A stretch of 64,000 nt of DNA from Heptranchias perlo (taxonomy: Eukaryota), in the NCBI RefSeq assembly GCF_035084215.1, contig NC_090366.1, positions 10,230,001 to 10,294,000 on the forward strand, read 5' to 3'. The position numbers and the translations under genes are program-made. Below are positions 36,801 to 48,264 of this stretch, piece after piece (positions within the stretch are counted from its first letter, which is position 1; each line of letters opens with the position of its first letter). A model generated the notes under the pieces. The model was not told the DNA's origin. It saw nothing but the letters and a program-made list of their open reading frames with translations, and did not search any database.

Positions 36801-39800
36801 TGTTTTCCTTGAGATGTTCTGAGAAGACTCTTAATTTGGGTAATGTGGAAAATGGAGTCTGAATACCTGAATACCTGGGATAATTGAAGATTAGAGACTG
36901 AATTCAAATAAGGCTCGCAAGCGAATGAACCATGTTTGTGAGATGAATATTGGCACACATTCGGGATTGGAGACTGAATTCTTTGTTGTGCTTTATTCAG
37001 TCCTCAATAACATCCTTTCAAGGTTGATGTCATCCTGGTAATTTAAATACAGCACCGTGTGAGGGGGGTTCGTTTGTTGCTTCCTGACCCCATGTTGCAT
37101 TTTACCAAATGTCTCAGTTACGTTAAAAAATTCCGACTGTTTTATCGAGGCAGAGGTGTATTCGATGGACTGTCCGTGTACGTTTCTCTTTCCATGATTT
37201 GATATGTACGGAACAGATAGGAATTCAATGTATAAATATTTATTTTAAATTTACACAGGGCATAGAACAAGGGTAAAATGATGGGGGAAATCCAGTGTTA
37301 GTTCGTGGAAAAAGCAATCAGTTCAAATCCTACCCTGTCCATTTTCTGCGAATATTTCCCAATATATTAATGCAGCATATTGATGTTTTTTAGAGAGATT
37401 AGATTAGGGATCATTTTCAAATCGTGCGTCCTTTGATCGCCGGGTCAGAGTTCTGAGGTTTCAGTAAATATATAAAATCTTTGGGTCTGACTTTTAAGAT
37501 GTGAATCTCTAGGAAACTCGCCAATTCAGGCGGATTAACGTTATCCTAATACCATGTTGTAATCGTAGAGCAATAATGAACAACAAAGTTGAGGGGCATA
37601 GATAAGATAGATAGTCAAAATCTTTTCCCAAAGGTAGGGGAGTCTATAACGAGGGGGCATAGATTTAAGGTGAGAGGGGAGAGATAAAAAAGGGTCCAGA
37701 GGGGCAATTTTTTCACTCAAAGGGTGGTGAGTGTCTGGAACGAGCTGCCAGAGGCAGTAGTAGAGGCGGGTACATGGGGAAGATGGGTATAGAGGGATAT
37801 GGGCCAAGTGCAGGCAACTGGGACTAGCTTAGTGGTATAAACTGGGCGACATGGAGATGTTGGGCCGAAGGGCCTGTTTCCATGTTGTAACTTCTATGAT
37901 TCTATGATTCTATAAAGTATTTTTGAATATTTCAGGAACTTTTCCCTGGATAATTGTCATCGCAGCTGAAGCAGCGGCCACTTTGATCATCCTGTTTCTG
38001 ATCGCGGTGATGTTACTGAGGTATGTGTGGTGCACAGTTTACATGAACTCTTGTGTTAATCACAGATCTGAAAGGGGTCCATGGCATCAGGATTTCTGCC
38101 TCTGAGAAACTATTACAGTGAACTGTGTGGAGGATAATAACAGATATCAGGAGGACATGGACAGACACATGACAGATGAAATTGAACGCAGAGAAGTGAT
38201 TCATTTTGGTAGGAAGAATGAGGAGAGGCAATATGAAGTAAATGGTACAATTTTGAAGGGAGTGCTGGAACAGAGAGCCTCGAGGGTGCATGTACACAAA
38301 TCTTTGAAGGTGGCAGGAAAAGTCGAAAAGGTCGTTCAAAAGCATTTGGGATCCTGTGTTTTATAAATAGAGGCATAGAGTGCAAAAGCAAGGAAGTAAT
38401 GCTGAACCTTTATAAATCACTGGTTGGGCCCCAGCTGGAGTATTGGGTCCAATTCTGGGTACCACACTTTAGAAAGGATGTAAAGGTTTTAGAGAGGGTG
38501 CAGAGATTATTTACTAGAATGGTACCAGGGATGAGAGACTTCAGTTACGTGGACAGACTGGAGAAGATGGATTGGTACTCATAGAGCAGAGAAGTTTAAG
38601 AGGAGATTTGATAGACGTGTTCAAAATCATGAACGGTTTTGATAGAGTAAATAAGGAGAAACTGTTTCCAGTGGCAGAAAGGCCGGTAACCAGAGGACAC
38701 AGATTTCAGGTGATTCGCAAAGAACCAGAGGCGACATGAGCAAACATTTTTTTTAAGCAGCGAGTTGTTATGATCTGGAATGCACTTCATGAAAGAGCGG
38801 TAGAAGCAGATTCAATAATAACTTTCAAAAAGGACTTGGATAAATCACTTGACGGACAAACAAATCATTACTATGGGAAAGAGCAGGAGAGTAGGACTAA
38901 TTGGATAGCTCTTTCAAATAACCGGAACAGACGCGTAGGGCCGAATGGCCTCCTTCTGTGCTGTACCATACTATTTTACTATGATGCTATTTCTTCAAAT
39001 ACTTAACCCTTGAAAGCTTTGGCCCTGAAACTCAGCTCAGAGTTGTCTATCGCTTCTCCCAGCTCGAATAACAGACCGGAATAATTCTACTCTAGACTTT
39101 GGCTCAGTCTCCTTCGCTTCTAAGTTTAAAGTTTGTGGTTCCAGCCTCCAAATAAAACATGAGCCCCGCATCGAGCCGGACACACCACTGTAGTGTAGTG
39201 CGGCATTGTGGGAGGTGCCGTCTTTCACATCAGACATTAAACCTAAGCATCGTCTGCATGCTCAAGCGGATGTGAAATATCCCTTGATAATATTGGCGGA
39301 AGAGAAGGGAGTTTCCCCCGTGTCATGGCAAAAATATATCCAGCCAGTCAAGCCAGGAAAACAGATTAACTGTTCACTTGACTCGCGTGGGATCTTCCGA
39401 TTGCTCTTTAGGCAATATGTTAGGCCTATGTTTGCAAATCCGGCCTCATTAATCACACCTCTGCTACTTAATAAGATGTTAATTTGTGAAACAAAGTGTT
39501 AATAAACAATAAAATTACCCCGCTATTTCATATAGTGGGAACACACTTGATAAAAATCCTCTAATTGTTTTTGAAACAAAGTGTTATCTTAGTGTGAGGA
39601 ACTCCTATGACCGTTATTTGAACAGTTGTTCGCAATCTATCTACAAGTGTGATAAAATACTGTGCAGGCTGATCTTTTCTCCAAGTGCAGACTGCACCAA
39701 TTCATTATCCAGCTTCATGGGATAGAGAGAAATCGTCATTCAGAAATATGTAACCGTAAGGATAGAACAGAAACTGGAAGGAAATCATGTCTATGCTAAT

Positions 39801-42800
39801 CAGGAAACGTTATATACACAAATCCTTGATGACGTAGGGCACCAGAAGATTTATTAACCTTAAATATAAGCAGTTATGAGATTTTCATTATTTGTATTGT
39901 TTTGAATCAGGAAGAAGACAAGAGACACCGTTAGTGTCCCCGCAACAAACAACGATTCTGTGACTTACGCTGCGGTGCAGCACCCGTTTAACACTGAGGT
40001 AAGTGAGGAGATGGAAATTGTCCAGCATTCGCTGGAGTTACCTGCCTGATATTTGCTCTGTTTGTAACCAGTGGAAATGACATTCAACACAAAACGCAAC
40101 GGTTTAACGGGTGCTTTAGATACTTGTTTTGACGGAATTTTTACAGGGTGGAAGGGCCACCTCAGCCTACTGACAGGAACTGATGCGCTGGTCATGACCT
40201 GATAAATCGGTCATGGACATTTACAGTATTGGGGATTTTATTGAATTCAAAGTAGGTCGAAGAAAATCGTTTTCTCATATCACTTAAGGAAACAAATCTT
40301 GCACTGCCCTCCCTCATGACATTATGACACTCGGGGGATGGGGTTGGTTCGTGAATCTTTGGAATTCTCTCCCCCAGAGGGCTGTGAATACTCAGTGGTT
40401 GATTATATTCAAGGCTGAGATGGGTAGATTTTTGGACTCTAAGGGAATCATGGGATATGGGGATTGCGGAGGAAAGTTGAGTTCAGGTCGTTGTTCAGCC
40501 ATGAACTTATTGAATGGCAGAACAGGCTCGAGGGGCCCTATGGCCTCCACCTACTGCTATTTCATATGTGCGTTGCTTTAAATTCTCAGCAAGATCACAG
40601 TTTGTGACGGGCCTGAGAAGCGCCAGACCGCATTGCAGTTCTCTTGGATTATCTGCATTTTCCTCCCTGGATTTTACGTCCCAATTTATTCTGGGGTGGG
40701 ATCGGTCCGTGCGAGGGGCCTGGGTGTGCAACATGCTCGCCTGCCGAAAGCCGGATTGATTTTACGCCCGGTCCAAGCCCCGGCATAAATAATTGCCTGG
40801 CCGGCCGGCGCGCCCATATTTTTGTGAAGGAGAAGGCCGCTGCTTGCGACCGCGGGAATAGCCCCCAAAAGTCAGGTAAGGGTTGGAAATGGGGGCGAAG
40901 TTGATCTGGGTAGGGGGAGAGGAGTCCGCGACAAGGCAGCCATAAGGTTGCCTTGTGGCGCCAGAAGCAGTACTCCTGCCGCTCCTGGCTCACAAGGAAA
41001 TCGATATAAGAAATAAAAACTCACTGGGGCTGTTCTGGCCACCATTCAGCTCCCGACACGTCTCCCTCGCTAAGGCTTCGGGCTAAAATGACGCATTGGG
41101 CTCCAATGCCATATATGGAGTCCGATCCGCATATTTATAGAGGGCCCCGCCGTCTTGCGGTGGATGTCCTTGCCCCCTGCAATTTAAAATTGCAGGCGGT
41201 CATATCTGAGCGGGAAAGGGTTAGATAAGTAGCCCGCTCCATTTTAAGTGTCCTACCTCGTATCCGCCAGGCGCACGGAGTTAGATTCAGGGCATTAATA
41301 TTGGTTTGGATGAGTTGGTCGCGCCCACGGTCTGTTTCACAGTGTTGGTGGTTCAAAGCCTACGTCACCCAACGTGGATGCAGGAAGGATGTTTTCCCTT
41401 TCTGGGGGGTCCAGAACGGGGGGGGGGGGGGGGGTCACAGTCTCAGGATACGGGGTAGGACATTTAGGACTGAGATGAGGAGAAATTTCTTCACTCAGAG
41501 GGTGGTGAACCTGTGGAATTCTCTACCACAGAAGGCTGTGGAAGCCAAGTCACTGAATATATTTAAGAAGGGGCTACATAGATTTCTAGACACAAAAGGC
41601 ATCAAGCGGGATGGGGAGAGAGCGGGAATATGGTATTGAGATAAAGGATCAGCCATGATCATATTGAATGGCGGAGCAAGTTCGAAGGACAGAATGGCCT
41701 ACTCCTGCTCCTGTCTTCTAGAATCATAGAAGTTACAACATGGAAACAGGCCCTTCGGCCCAACATGTCCATGTCGCCCAGTTTATACCACTAAGCTAGT
41801 CCCAATTGCCTGCACTTGGCCCATATCCCTCTATACCCATCTTACCCATGTAACTGTCTAAAAGACAAAATTGTACCCGCCTCTACTACTGCCTCTGGCA
41901 GCTTGTTCCAGACACTCACCATCCTTTGAGTGAAAAAATTGCCCCTCTGGACCCTTTTGTATCTCTCCCCTCTCACCTTAAATCTATGCCCCCTCGTTAT
42001 AGACTCCCCTACCTTTGGGAAAAGATTTTGACTATCGACCTTATCTATGCCCCTCATTATTTTATAGACTTCTATAAGATCACCCCTTAACCTCCTACTC
42101 TCCAGGGAAAAAAGTCCCAGTCTGTCTAACCTCTCCCTGTAAGTCAAACCATCAAGTCCCGGTAGCATCCTAGTAAATCTTTTCTGCACTCTTTCTAGTT
42201 TAATAATATCCTTTCTATAATAGGGTGACCAGAACTGTACACAGTACTCCAAGTGTGGCCTCACCAATGCCCTGTACAACTTCAACAAGACATCCCAACT
42301 CCTGCATTCAATGTTCTGACCAATGAAACCAAGCATGCCGAATGCCTTCTTCACCACCCTATCCACCTGTGACTCCACTTTCAAGGAGCTATGAATCTGT
42401 ACTCCTAGATCTCTTTGTTCTATAACTCTCCCCAACGCCCTACCATTAACGGAGTAGGTCCTGGCCCGATTCGATCTACCAAAATGCATCACCTCACATT
42501 TATCTAAATTAAACTCCATCTGCCATTCATCGGCCCACTGGCCCAATTGATCAAGATCCCGTTGCAATCCTAGATAACCTTCTTCACTGTCCACAATGCC
42601 ACCAATCTTGGTGTCATCTGCAAACTTACTAACCATGCCTCCGATATTCTCATCCAAATCATTAATATAAATAACAAATAACAGCGGACCCAGCACCGAT
42701 CCCTGAGGCACACCGCTGGACACAGGCATCCAGTTTGAAAAACAACCCTCTACAACCACCCTCTGTCTTCTATCGTCAAGCCAATTTTGTATCCAATTGG

Positions 42801-43846
42801 CTACCTCACCTTGGATCCCATGAGATTTAACCTTATGTAACAACCTACCATGCGGTACCTTGTCAAATGCTTTGCTGAAGTCCATGTAGACCACGTCTAC
42901 TGCACAGCCCTCATCTATCTTCTTGGTTACCCCTTCAAAAAACTCAATCAAATTCGTGAGACATGATTTTCCTCTCACAAAACCATGCTGACTGTTCCTA
43001 ATTAGTCCCTGCCTCTCCAAATGCCTGTAGATCCTGTCCCTCAGAATACCCTCTAACAATTTACCCACTACAGATGTCAGGCTCACTGGTCTGTAGTTCC
43101 CAGGCTTTTCCCTGCCGCCCTTCTTAAACAAAGGCACAACATTTGCTACCCTCCAATCTTCAGGCACCTCACCTGTAGCGGTGGATGATTCAAATATCTC
43201 TGCTATGTTTCTATGTCACATTTTGAGCCTTCCATCCAGAGTTTGACTCGGATGTAGCACAGAGCAAGTGCTGCATTAAGGGAGGTGCCGTCTTTCAGAT
43301 GACTGCTTAATCCAGGGCCTTGGCTGCCTGTTCCAGTAATCCAGTTGGATGTTAGAAATCTCAATGCAATATTGGAAGAAGAGTCGGGATTTCTCCAAAT
43401 GTAATGGTTAAAATTGGTCGAAACGTCACCAAAATTGATCGCCAGGTCATTCTACTCATTTGCTTTTATTGTGGGCGAATTAGCTGATGTAATTTAAATG
43501 TAATCCATTGGTTACAACATGCTGTAATGAGGTGCTATGTAAACACACGTTACTTATTGTTTTAGAGCTTAAAATGCTTTACTCACTGAGTAGGGACATT
43601 AGACCATACCAGGTAGGGAATAACGCGAGTTATTCTGGTACAGGAAGCGCACTCCCACCTAGCAGCAGTTCCATATCTAATTCCTACTTTCTGTTCCAGA
43701 GCCAAGGCCAGTATGCAAACACTGATGTTCGAGGGGCTGCCTCCAAACAATCAGCAGAAAGAGAAAATGTGCTGTACGCAGCTGTCAAAGTATCAAACGT
43801 TCGCAAACATGAGAAATATCTCCAGAATGAGGAGTCCAGTGAATAG
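30782..43846 (+). CDS. Siglec-like (MAG/CD22/CD33-related) inhibitory receptor, copy 2; 8 exons, 533 aa: join(30782..30824,31205..31585,32270..32581,33548..33805,35204..35491,37936..38020,39911..39998,43700..43846)
   Basis: Exon phases are all compatible (1,1,1,1,1,2,0), total 1602 nt with no internal stop; signal-V-C2-C2-C2-TM-ITIM-ITIM; orthology not assignable from sequence alone. Confidence 0.88.
31205..31585 (+). CDS. Copy 2 exon 2, Siglec V-set domain
   Basis: WSVNMP...GSCAEIPCTFDYP...KQCSLRIKDI...DEGEYYFR...EQYT; Arg codon 31510-31512; donor is GC (ag|gcaagt). Confidence 0.92.
32270..32581 (+). CDS. Copy 2 exon 3, C2-set domain 2 (absent from ORF track)
   Basis: cttacag|EKPSISVSGELIAGQPAQLTCSITHSCPSANLELKW...FTFVPSSDHHGKTLGCKL...LTLAVK|gtaaat; extra Cys (HSCP) for the Siglec interdomain disulfide. 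Confidence 0.92.
32929..34832. repeat. Three pairs of inverted repeats surrounding exon 4
   Basis: 32929-33232 vs 34525-34832; 33231-33420 vs 33982-34170; 33436-33556 vs 34395-34502; ORF 32998..33243(+) matches 34497..34763(-). Confidence 0.9.
33548..33805 (+). CDS. Copy 2 exon 4, C2/I-set domain 3
   Basis: FAPRKPTV...EGSSVLLYCTAQG...LRW...DDGQYWCVAEN...ISVQ|gtaagt; a second in-frame AG lies 6 nt upstream (start 33542). Confidence 0.92.
35204..35491 (+). CDS. Copy 2 exon 5, membrane-proximal Ig domain resembling MAG domain 5
   Basis: tttttag|YKPSIVSGPNCTISESGIDCTCSVRANPPANITW...SSLTL...ISCVAANKHG...|gtaagt; C-x8-CxC pattern. Confidence 0.9.
35725..36535 (-). mobile_element. Second-family LINE 3' fragment in intron 5
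   Basis: ORF 35772..36542 LQQDLDNIQAWADKWQVTF...MEYSPLAW. Confidence 0.9.
37590..37913 (+). mobile_element. Young CR1 3' fragment inserted just upstream of the TM-exon acceptor
   Basis: Target duplication aaagt at 37585-37589 and 37914-37918; near-identical to the 3' end of the CR1 at 41720-43203. Confidence 0.88.
37936..38020 (+). CDS. Copy 2 exon 6, transmembrane segment
   Basis: tttcag|GTFPWIIVIAAEAAATLIILFLIAVMLL(R)|gtatgt. Confidence 0.88.
38118..38980 (+). mobile_element. Degenerate CR1 3' portion in intron 6
   Basis: ORFs 38118..38366, 38399..38584 (LYKSLVGPQLEYWVQFW), 38770..39006. Confidence 0.88.
39911..39998 (+). CDS. Copy 2 exon 7, cytoplasmic, ITIM VTYAAV
   Basis: aatcag|(R)KKTRDTVSVPATNNDSVTYAAVQHPFNTE|gtaagt; phase 2 in, phase 0 out. 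Confidence 0.88.
41720..43203 (-). mobile_element. Young 5'-truncated CR1 LINE with open 441-aa RT ORF, nested in the tail of another CR1 fragment (41385-41720)
   Basis: ORF 41842..43167 with uninterrupted RT motifs ([32 protein letters not shown]). Confidence 0.95.
43700..43846 (+). CDS. Copy 2 exon 8, terminal cytoplasmic exon (QYAN, ITIM VLYAAV)
   Basis: ttccag|SQGQYANTD...ENVLYAAVKV...EESSE* then AAIKLK* in frame to 43867. Confidence 0.88.
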   Translation, partial: SQGQYANTDVRGAASKQSAERENVLYAAVKVSNVRKHEKYLQNEESSE

Positions 43847-44164
43847 GCCGCAATTAAATTGAAATGAAATGCAGCAGGATTTACACCATTCGGAGAGAGG
43901 GAGCTCATTAGCATCTTCACACAATTGGTTTTATGAGCTAGAACAGGAACTTCACATTCCAGGAAGTGCTGTGAGAATGGACATCTTTCAGACATTAATT
44001 GATAACATTTTTAATATCTTTGTGAGAGTATTTGATTTACAATCCAAACACGTCTTTGGTTTCCAAACACACTTGTGAAAAGCAGCGGGAAATGGGCTTT
44101 AATCGTCAATATGAATTGATACCTGTTCATCTGCTCTAGTAAACCAACTATTTTCTTAATTCGA

Positions 44165-44260
44165 ACGTTGTATTTATTTAAGACCTCTCTTTGCTAATTT
44201 ATTAAAAAGCCCTGTCGATCAGCGTTCACTGTCTCTATCCGGGGTTGGGTTTGTTTGCAC
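44165..44260 (+). terminator. Candidate AU-rich element and polyadenylation signal of copy 2
   Basis: tatttattta at 44171-44180, ATTAAA at 44201-44206, GT-rich stretch downstream. Confidence 0.4.
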
Positions 44261-44659
44261 CCTCTCCCAGCCCATTGTAACAGGCGATTACCAGAGTGTA
44301 AACTTCCATCAGTTTGTTTATTGTGGTTTCACCGGCATCGGCAGAAGGGAAGGAATGATAAAGGTTGGATCTGTGGGTTTGGTGAATCCCTACAGTCAGC
44401 CTTTCTGCTCCGGATTCAGGCTTAGCATTTCAAAAAAAATATATTATCGAGAAGGTCAGGTCGCTAACAACGGGCCAATTTATTTCTCATCCCGAGCTGT
44501 CCTGAGTTTGATCCGATTGAATGGCTTGCTAGGCCACTTCAGAGGGCAGTTAAATGTCAACCACGTTGATGTGGGACAGGAGACACATATTGGCGGAGAC
44601 TGACTAAGGACAGCAAGTTCTCTTGGATAAATAACATGAGTGAACCAGTTGTGTTTTTA

Positions 44660-45078
44660 AAGAAATACTTGCATTTATCTAGCGCCTTTCTCGACCCAAT
44701 GCGCTTTACAGCCAATGAAGGACTTTTTTTAAGTGTAGTCACTGTGGTAGGAAACGCGGGAGCCAATTTGAACAAAGCAATGTATCACAAATAGCAGTGT
44801 GATAGTGACCAGGTAACGTGCTGTTTGGTGGTATTGATTGAGGGATAAATATTGGCCAGGACACCAGGAAGAAACCCCCCTGCTCTTCTTCGAAATAGTG
44901 CCGTGGGATCTTTTCCGTCCACCAAAAAGAGTTGACCGGTCCTCGGTTTAACTTCTGATCTGAAAGACAGCGCCTCTGACAGTGCAGCACGCCTCAGTGC
45001 AGCACTGGAGTCTCAGCCTAGATTTTGTGCTGAAGTCACTGGAGTGGGATTGAACCTACAAACTTCTGACTTAGAGAC
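44660..45078 (-). mobile_element. Deu-domain SINE
   Basis: Reverse complement of the same core (cccctgctcttcttcgaaatagtgccgtgggatctttt). Confidence 0.78.
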
Positions 45079-46287
45079 ACCTTTCTATTCCCACATTTTA
45101 AAAAACTGAATTCATATTCTCAAGCTGCCATGGTGGGATTCTGAACTCACGTTCTCTTGATTACGAGTCCAGTGACATAACCACCACATCGCCAACCGAT
45201 CAGTGAAATTGAATAAAACTGACAAGAGTTTTGAGCAAATTGTACGAGGCTCATCCGGTCACTTCACTCTGATCTGTAATATAAAATGACAATTGACGCT
45301 GGACGTCAGTTCCACGGCAGTAATAACACGGACCTTTTACCCCCTGCTGGCAGAATTAGTTTGAACTGATTCTGTCTCTCAATCAAATGCCAATGGCGCC
45401 GAATGCTTAAAGTTGACGGGGTTTGATTGAGTTCCCGATTGAATCCAGAATTTGTTTACTCAAATTGATGTAGATAAAAATATCCATATTGTTTCCTCCA
45501 GCATTGACACTCGAATCTAAAAGCTCAAGTCACACGCCCCAGATCTAGTTCTGAATCACAGACCGGTCATTGTAGCTACCGGGTTATAAATGAGTTAATT
45601 TCAGAAGATTTCACATCGCTGGAGTGTGAAAATGAACAGTTGAGGTCACTTCGAAATATAGCAAACTCTTTTGTGCCTTTGACATTTCAGATACACGTTG
45701 TGCCCCGAACCACTGAAGGTGATAAACCCAAATGTCTGGAGACAGCGGCTACAGAACTAACCACACCGTCTCGTTCATAGCGCCTTGGCAGCCAAGTGGC
45801 TAAACATGTGGGAGATGAAAGGCTAACGTTTGTGTATCAGGTTATTTTAGATATTCGAATCTTAAATGTTAGTTCCTGTCCAGTAAATGTGTAACTGATG
45901 AGGGGGAGGGGTAATTCTCTGATCGAGAGTCTGGCGCTATGTTGACCTTATATCCAGTAACTATGGTCTCACATTGATGTCCCTTTTCATATCCGAACTG
46001 TTCGAGAGTGCGAGCAGTTATGGTCACTAACAGTGAAGGGGTATCTCAAGCTGTGTGAGTTCACACGGTTCCCAATGATTGGCTGGTGCCCAACAGCTGG
46101 TCTTCCAATACTCTGTTTCGATTGTCATCGATATCGATTATATTCCCGGCGAGCGGAATCCAGACCCGTGATTAGTCTTAGATCGGATTGAGATAGTTGT
46201 TTTTTTTATCGTGTTTCCATCATGAACCGTGTGTAGTGATGAAGAATATGAAGTTCGTTTCTCTCTTATTATTTAGCGAAGGTAAAT

Positions 46288-46735
46288 TCATAGAATAATA
46301 GAAAGGTTACAGCACGTAAGGAGGCCATTCGGCCCATCAAATCCCTGCCGGCTCTATGCAAAAGCAACCCAGCTAGTCCCACTCCCCGCCCTATCCTCGT
46401 AGCCCTGCATTTTTTTTCCTTTGAAGTGCTTATCCAGTTCCCTTTTGAAGGTCATGATTGAATCTGCCTCCACCACCCCCTCGGGCAGTGCATTCCAGGT
46501 TCTAAACACTCACTGTGTAAAAAAGTTTTTCCTCTTGTCACCTTTGCTTCTTTTGCCAATCATATTACATCTATGACCGCCAATGGGAACAGTTTCTCTC
46601 TATCTACTCTGTTTAGATCCTTCATGATTTTGAACACCTCTATCAAATCACCTCGCAACCGTCTCTGTTCCAAGGAGATCAATCCCAGCTTCTCCAGACT
46701 ATCCACGCAACTAAAGCCCCTCATCCCTGGAATGA
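46288..46735 (-). mobile_element. CR1 3' fragment inserted about 6 nt downstream of the copy 3 leader-exon donor
   Basis: catagaataatagaaagg tail follows ggtaaa; intron homology to copy 2 resumes at aaaatattcg (~46736). Confidence 0.8.
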
Positions 46736-48264
46736 AAATATTCGTTATAATTATTTCTGCTGGAGACGTTTTCCATCTTGTGGAAAAATAACAAAGTAAT
46801 TAGTTACAGACATGGTATATTGTTAGTTTGTGATTTGTGAATTCATGAAGTGGCTATTTCAGGTATGTTACATTCGAAACTTTAATCTGTATTTTATTCG
46901 GATTTATTGAACACAATGTGTGTTTTATTCGGTATCAATGAGAATTTTAATGGAATTTAAGAAGTTTCAGTGGGGTTTCCACGTGTTTTAATGGTTGGTG
47001 ATGTATTGATTAATGGGTGATTAAAGAGTAATTTAAAAGCATTTAGCTGGATTGTACGGGAATGTTTGAATTGGAACGTTTTTGGGTATTTCAATGGGTG
47101 TTTGATTTCTATTTATCATCAGTTGTCCATAGTTCACCATGGTCTGTGGCGATGCCATGCTTTGTGACGGCAGTGAGCGGTTCAGGTGCAGAGATCCCGT
47201 GTAAATGTGATTATCCCGTCGATGGCCGCAACCCACGGGGTATGTGTTTAAAGCGGGGTTCTGATCCTGGAACCCGAGGAGTCTTTATTGTCTCTGATCC
47301 CAGAGGCCCAGTCAATATACACTTGATCTACAGAGGGCGAGCTGAGTTCACCAGCGACTTCACATAAAAACAATATTTTTTACGGATAAAATACATTGAT
47401 GAAGGTGACTATTAATTCCGACTGAAGAAAACCAATGCCCGGAATATTATAAAAGAACATGCTTCCAGGTCACATGTCAATCTTTCTATTTTAGGTATTT
47501 TTGTTTTCGTTTGTTCCTTTTTTCGTTTATATTCCATCTTCTCAGTACCATTTAACTTAATCCTCGAATGGAAAGATATCGTGATACTCCTAGCCTACGT
47601 CACAAGCTACAGGGAGGCTGCAGGTACATTGAATAATACCGAGGTGCGTGTTACGTTTTGACTTGAACAGAAATAATTGAATTCTCAGCAACTTGCAGAA
47701 GCTCCCTCCATTTTTAATGCCACATCCAGTCGTGAATGGTGGTGGACAATTAAACAACTAACGGGAGGAGGAGGCTCTGCAAACATCCCCATCCTCAGTG
47801 ATGGTGGAGTCCAGCACGTGAGTGCAAAAGACAAGGCTGAAGCGTTTGCATCCATCTTCAGCCAGAAGTGCCGAGTGGATGATCCATCTCGGCCTCCTCC
47901 CGATATCCCCACCATCACGGAAGCCAGTCTTCAGCCAATTCGATTCACTCCACGTGATATCAAGAAACGGATGAGTGCACTGGATACAGCAAAGGCTATG
48001 GGCCCCGACAACAACCCAGCTGTAGTGCTGAAGACTTGTGCTCCAGAACTAGCTGCGCCTCTAGCCAAGCTGTTCCAGTACAGCTACAACACTGGCATCC
48101 ACCCAGCAATGTGGAAAATTGCCCAGGGATGTCCTGTCCACAAAAAGCAGGACAAATCCAATCCGGCCAATTACCGCCCCATCAGTCTACTCTCAATCAT
48201 CAGCAAAGTGATGGAAGGTGTCGTTGACAGTGCTATCAAGCGGCACTTACTCACCAATAACCTG

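Noticed and set aside
41842-43167. 441-aa and 372-aa (49028..50146) long ORFs as host genes
   Set aside because: They are 5'-truncated LINE reverse transcriptase fragments.
30782-43846. Assigning the symbol MAG, CD22 or SIGLEC1
   Set aside because: Domain number and tail match none exactly and several paralogues exist; needs phylogeny and synteny.
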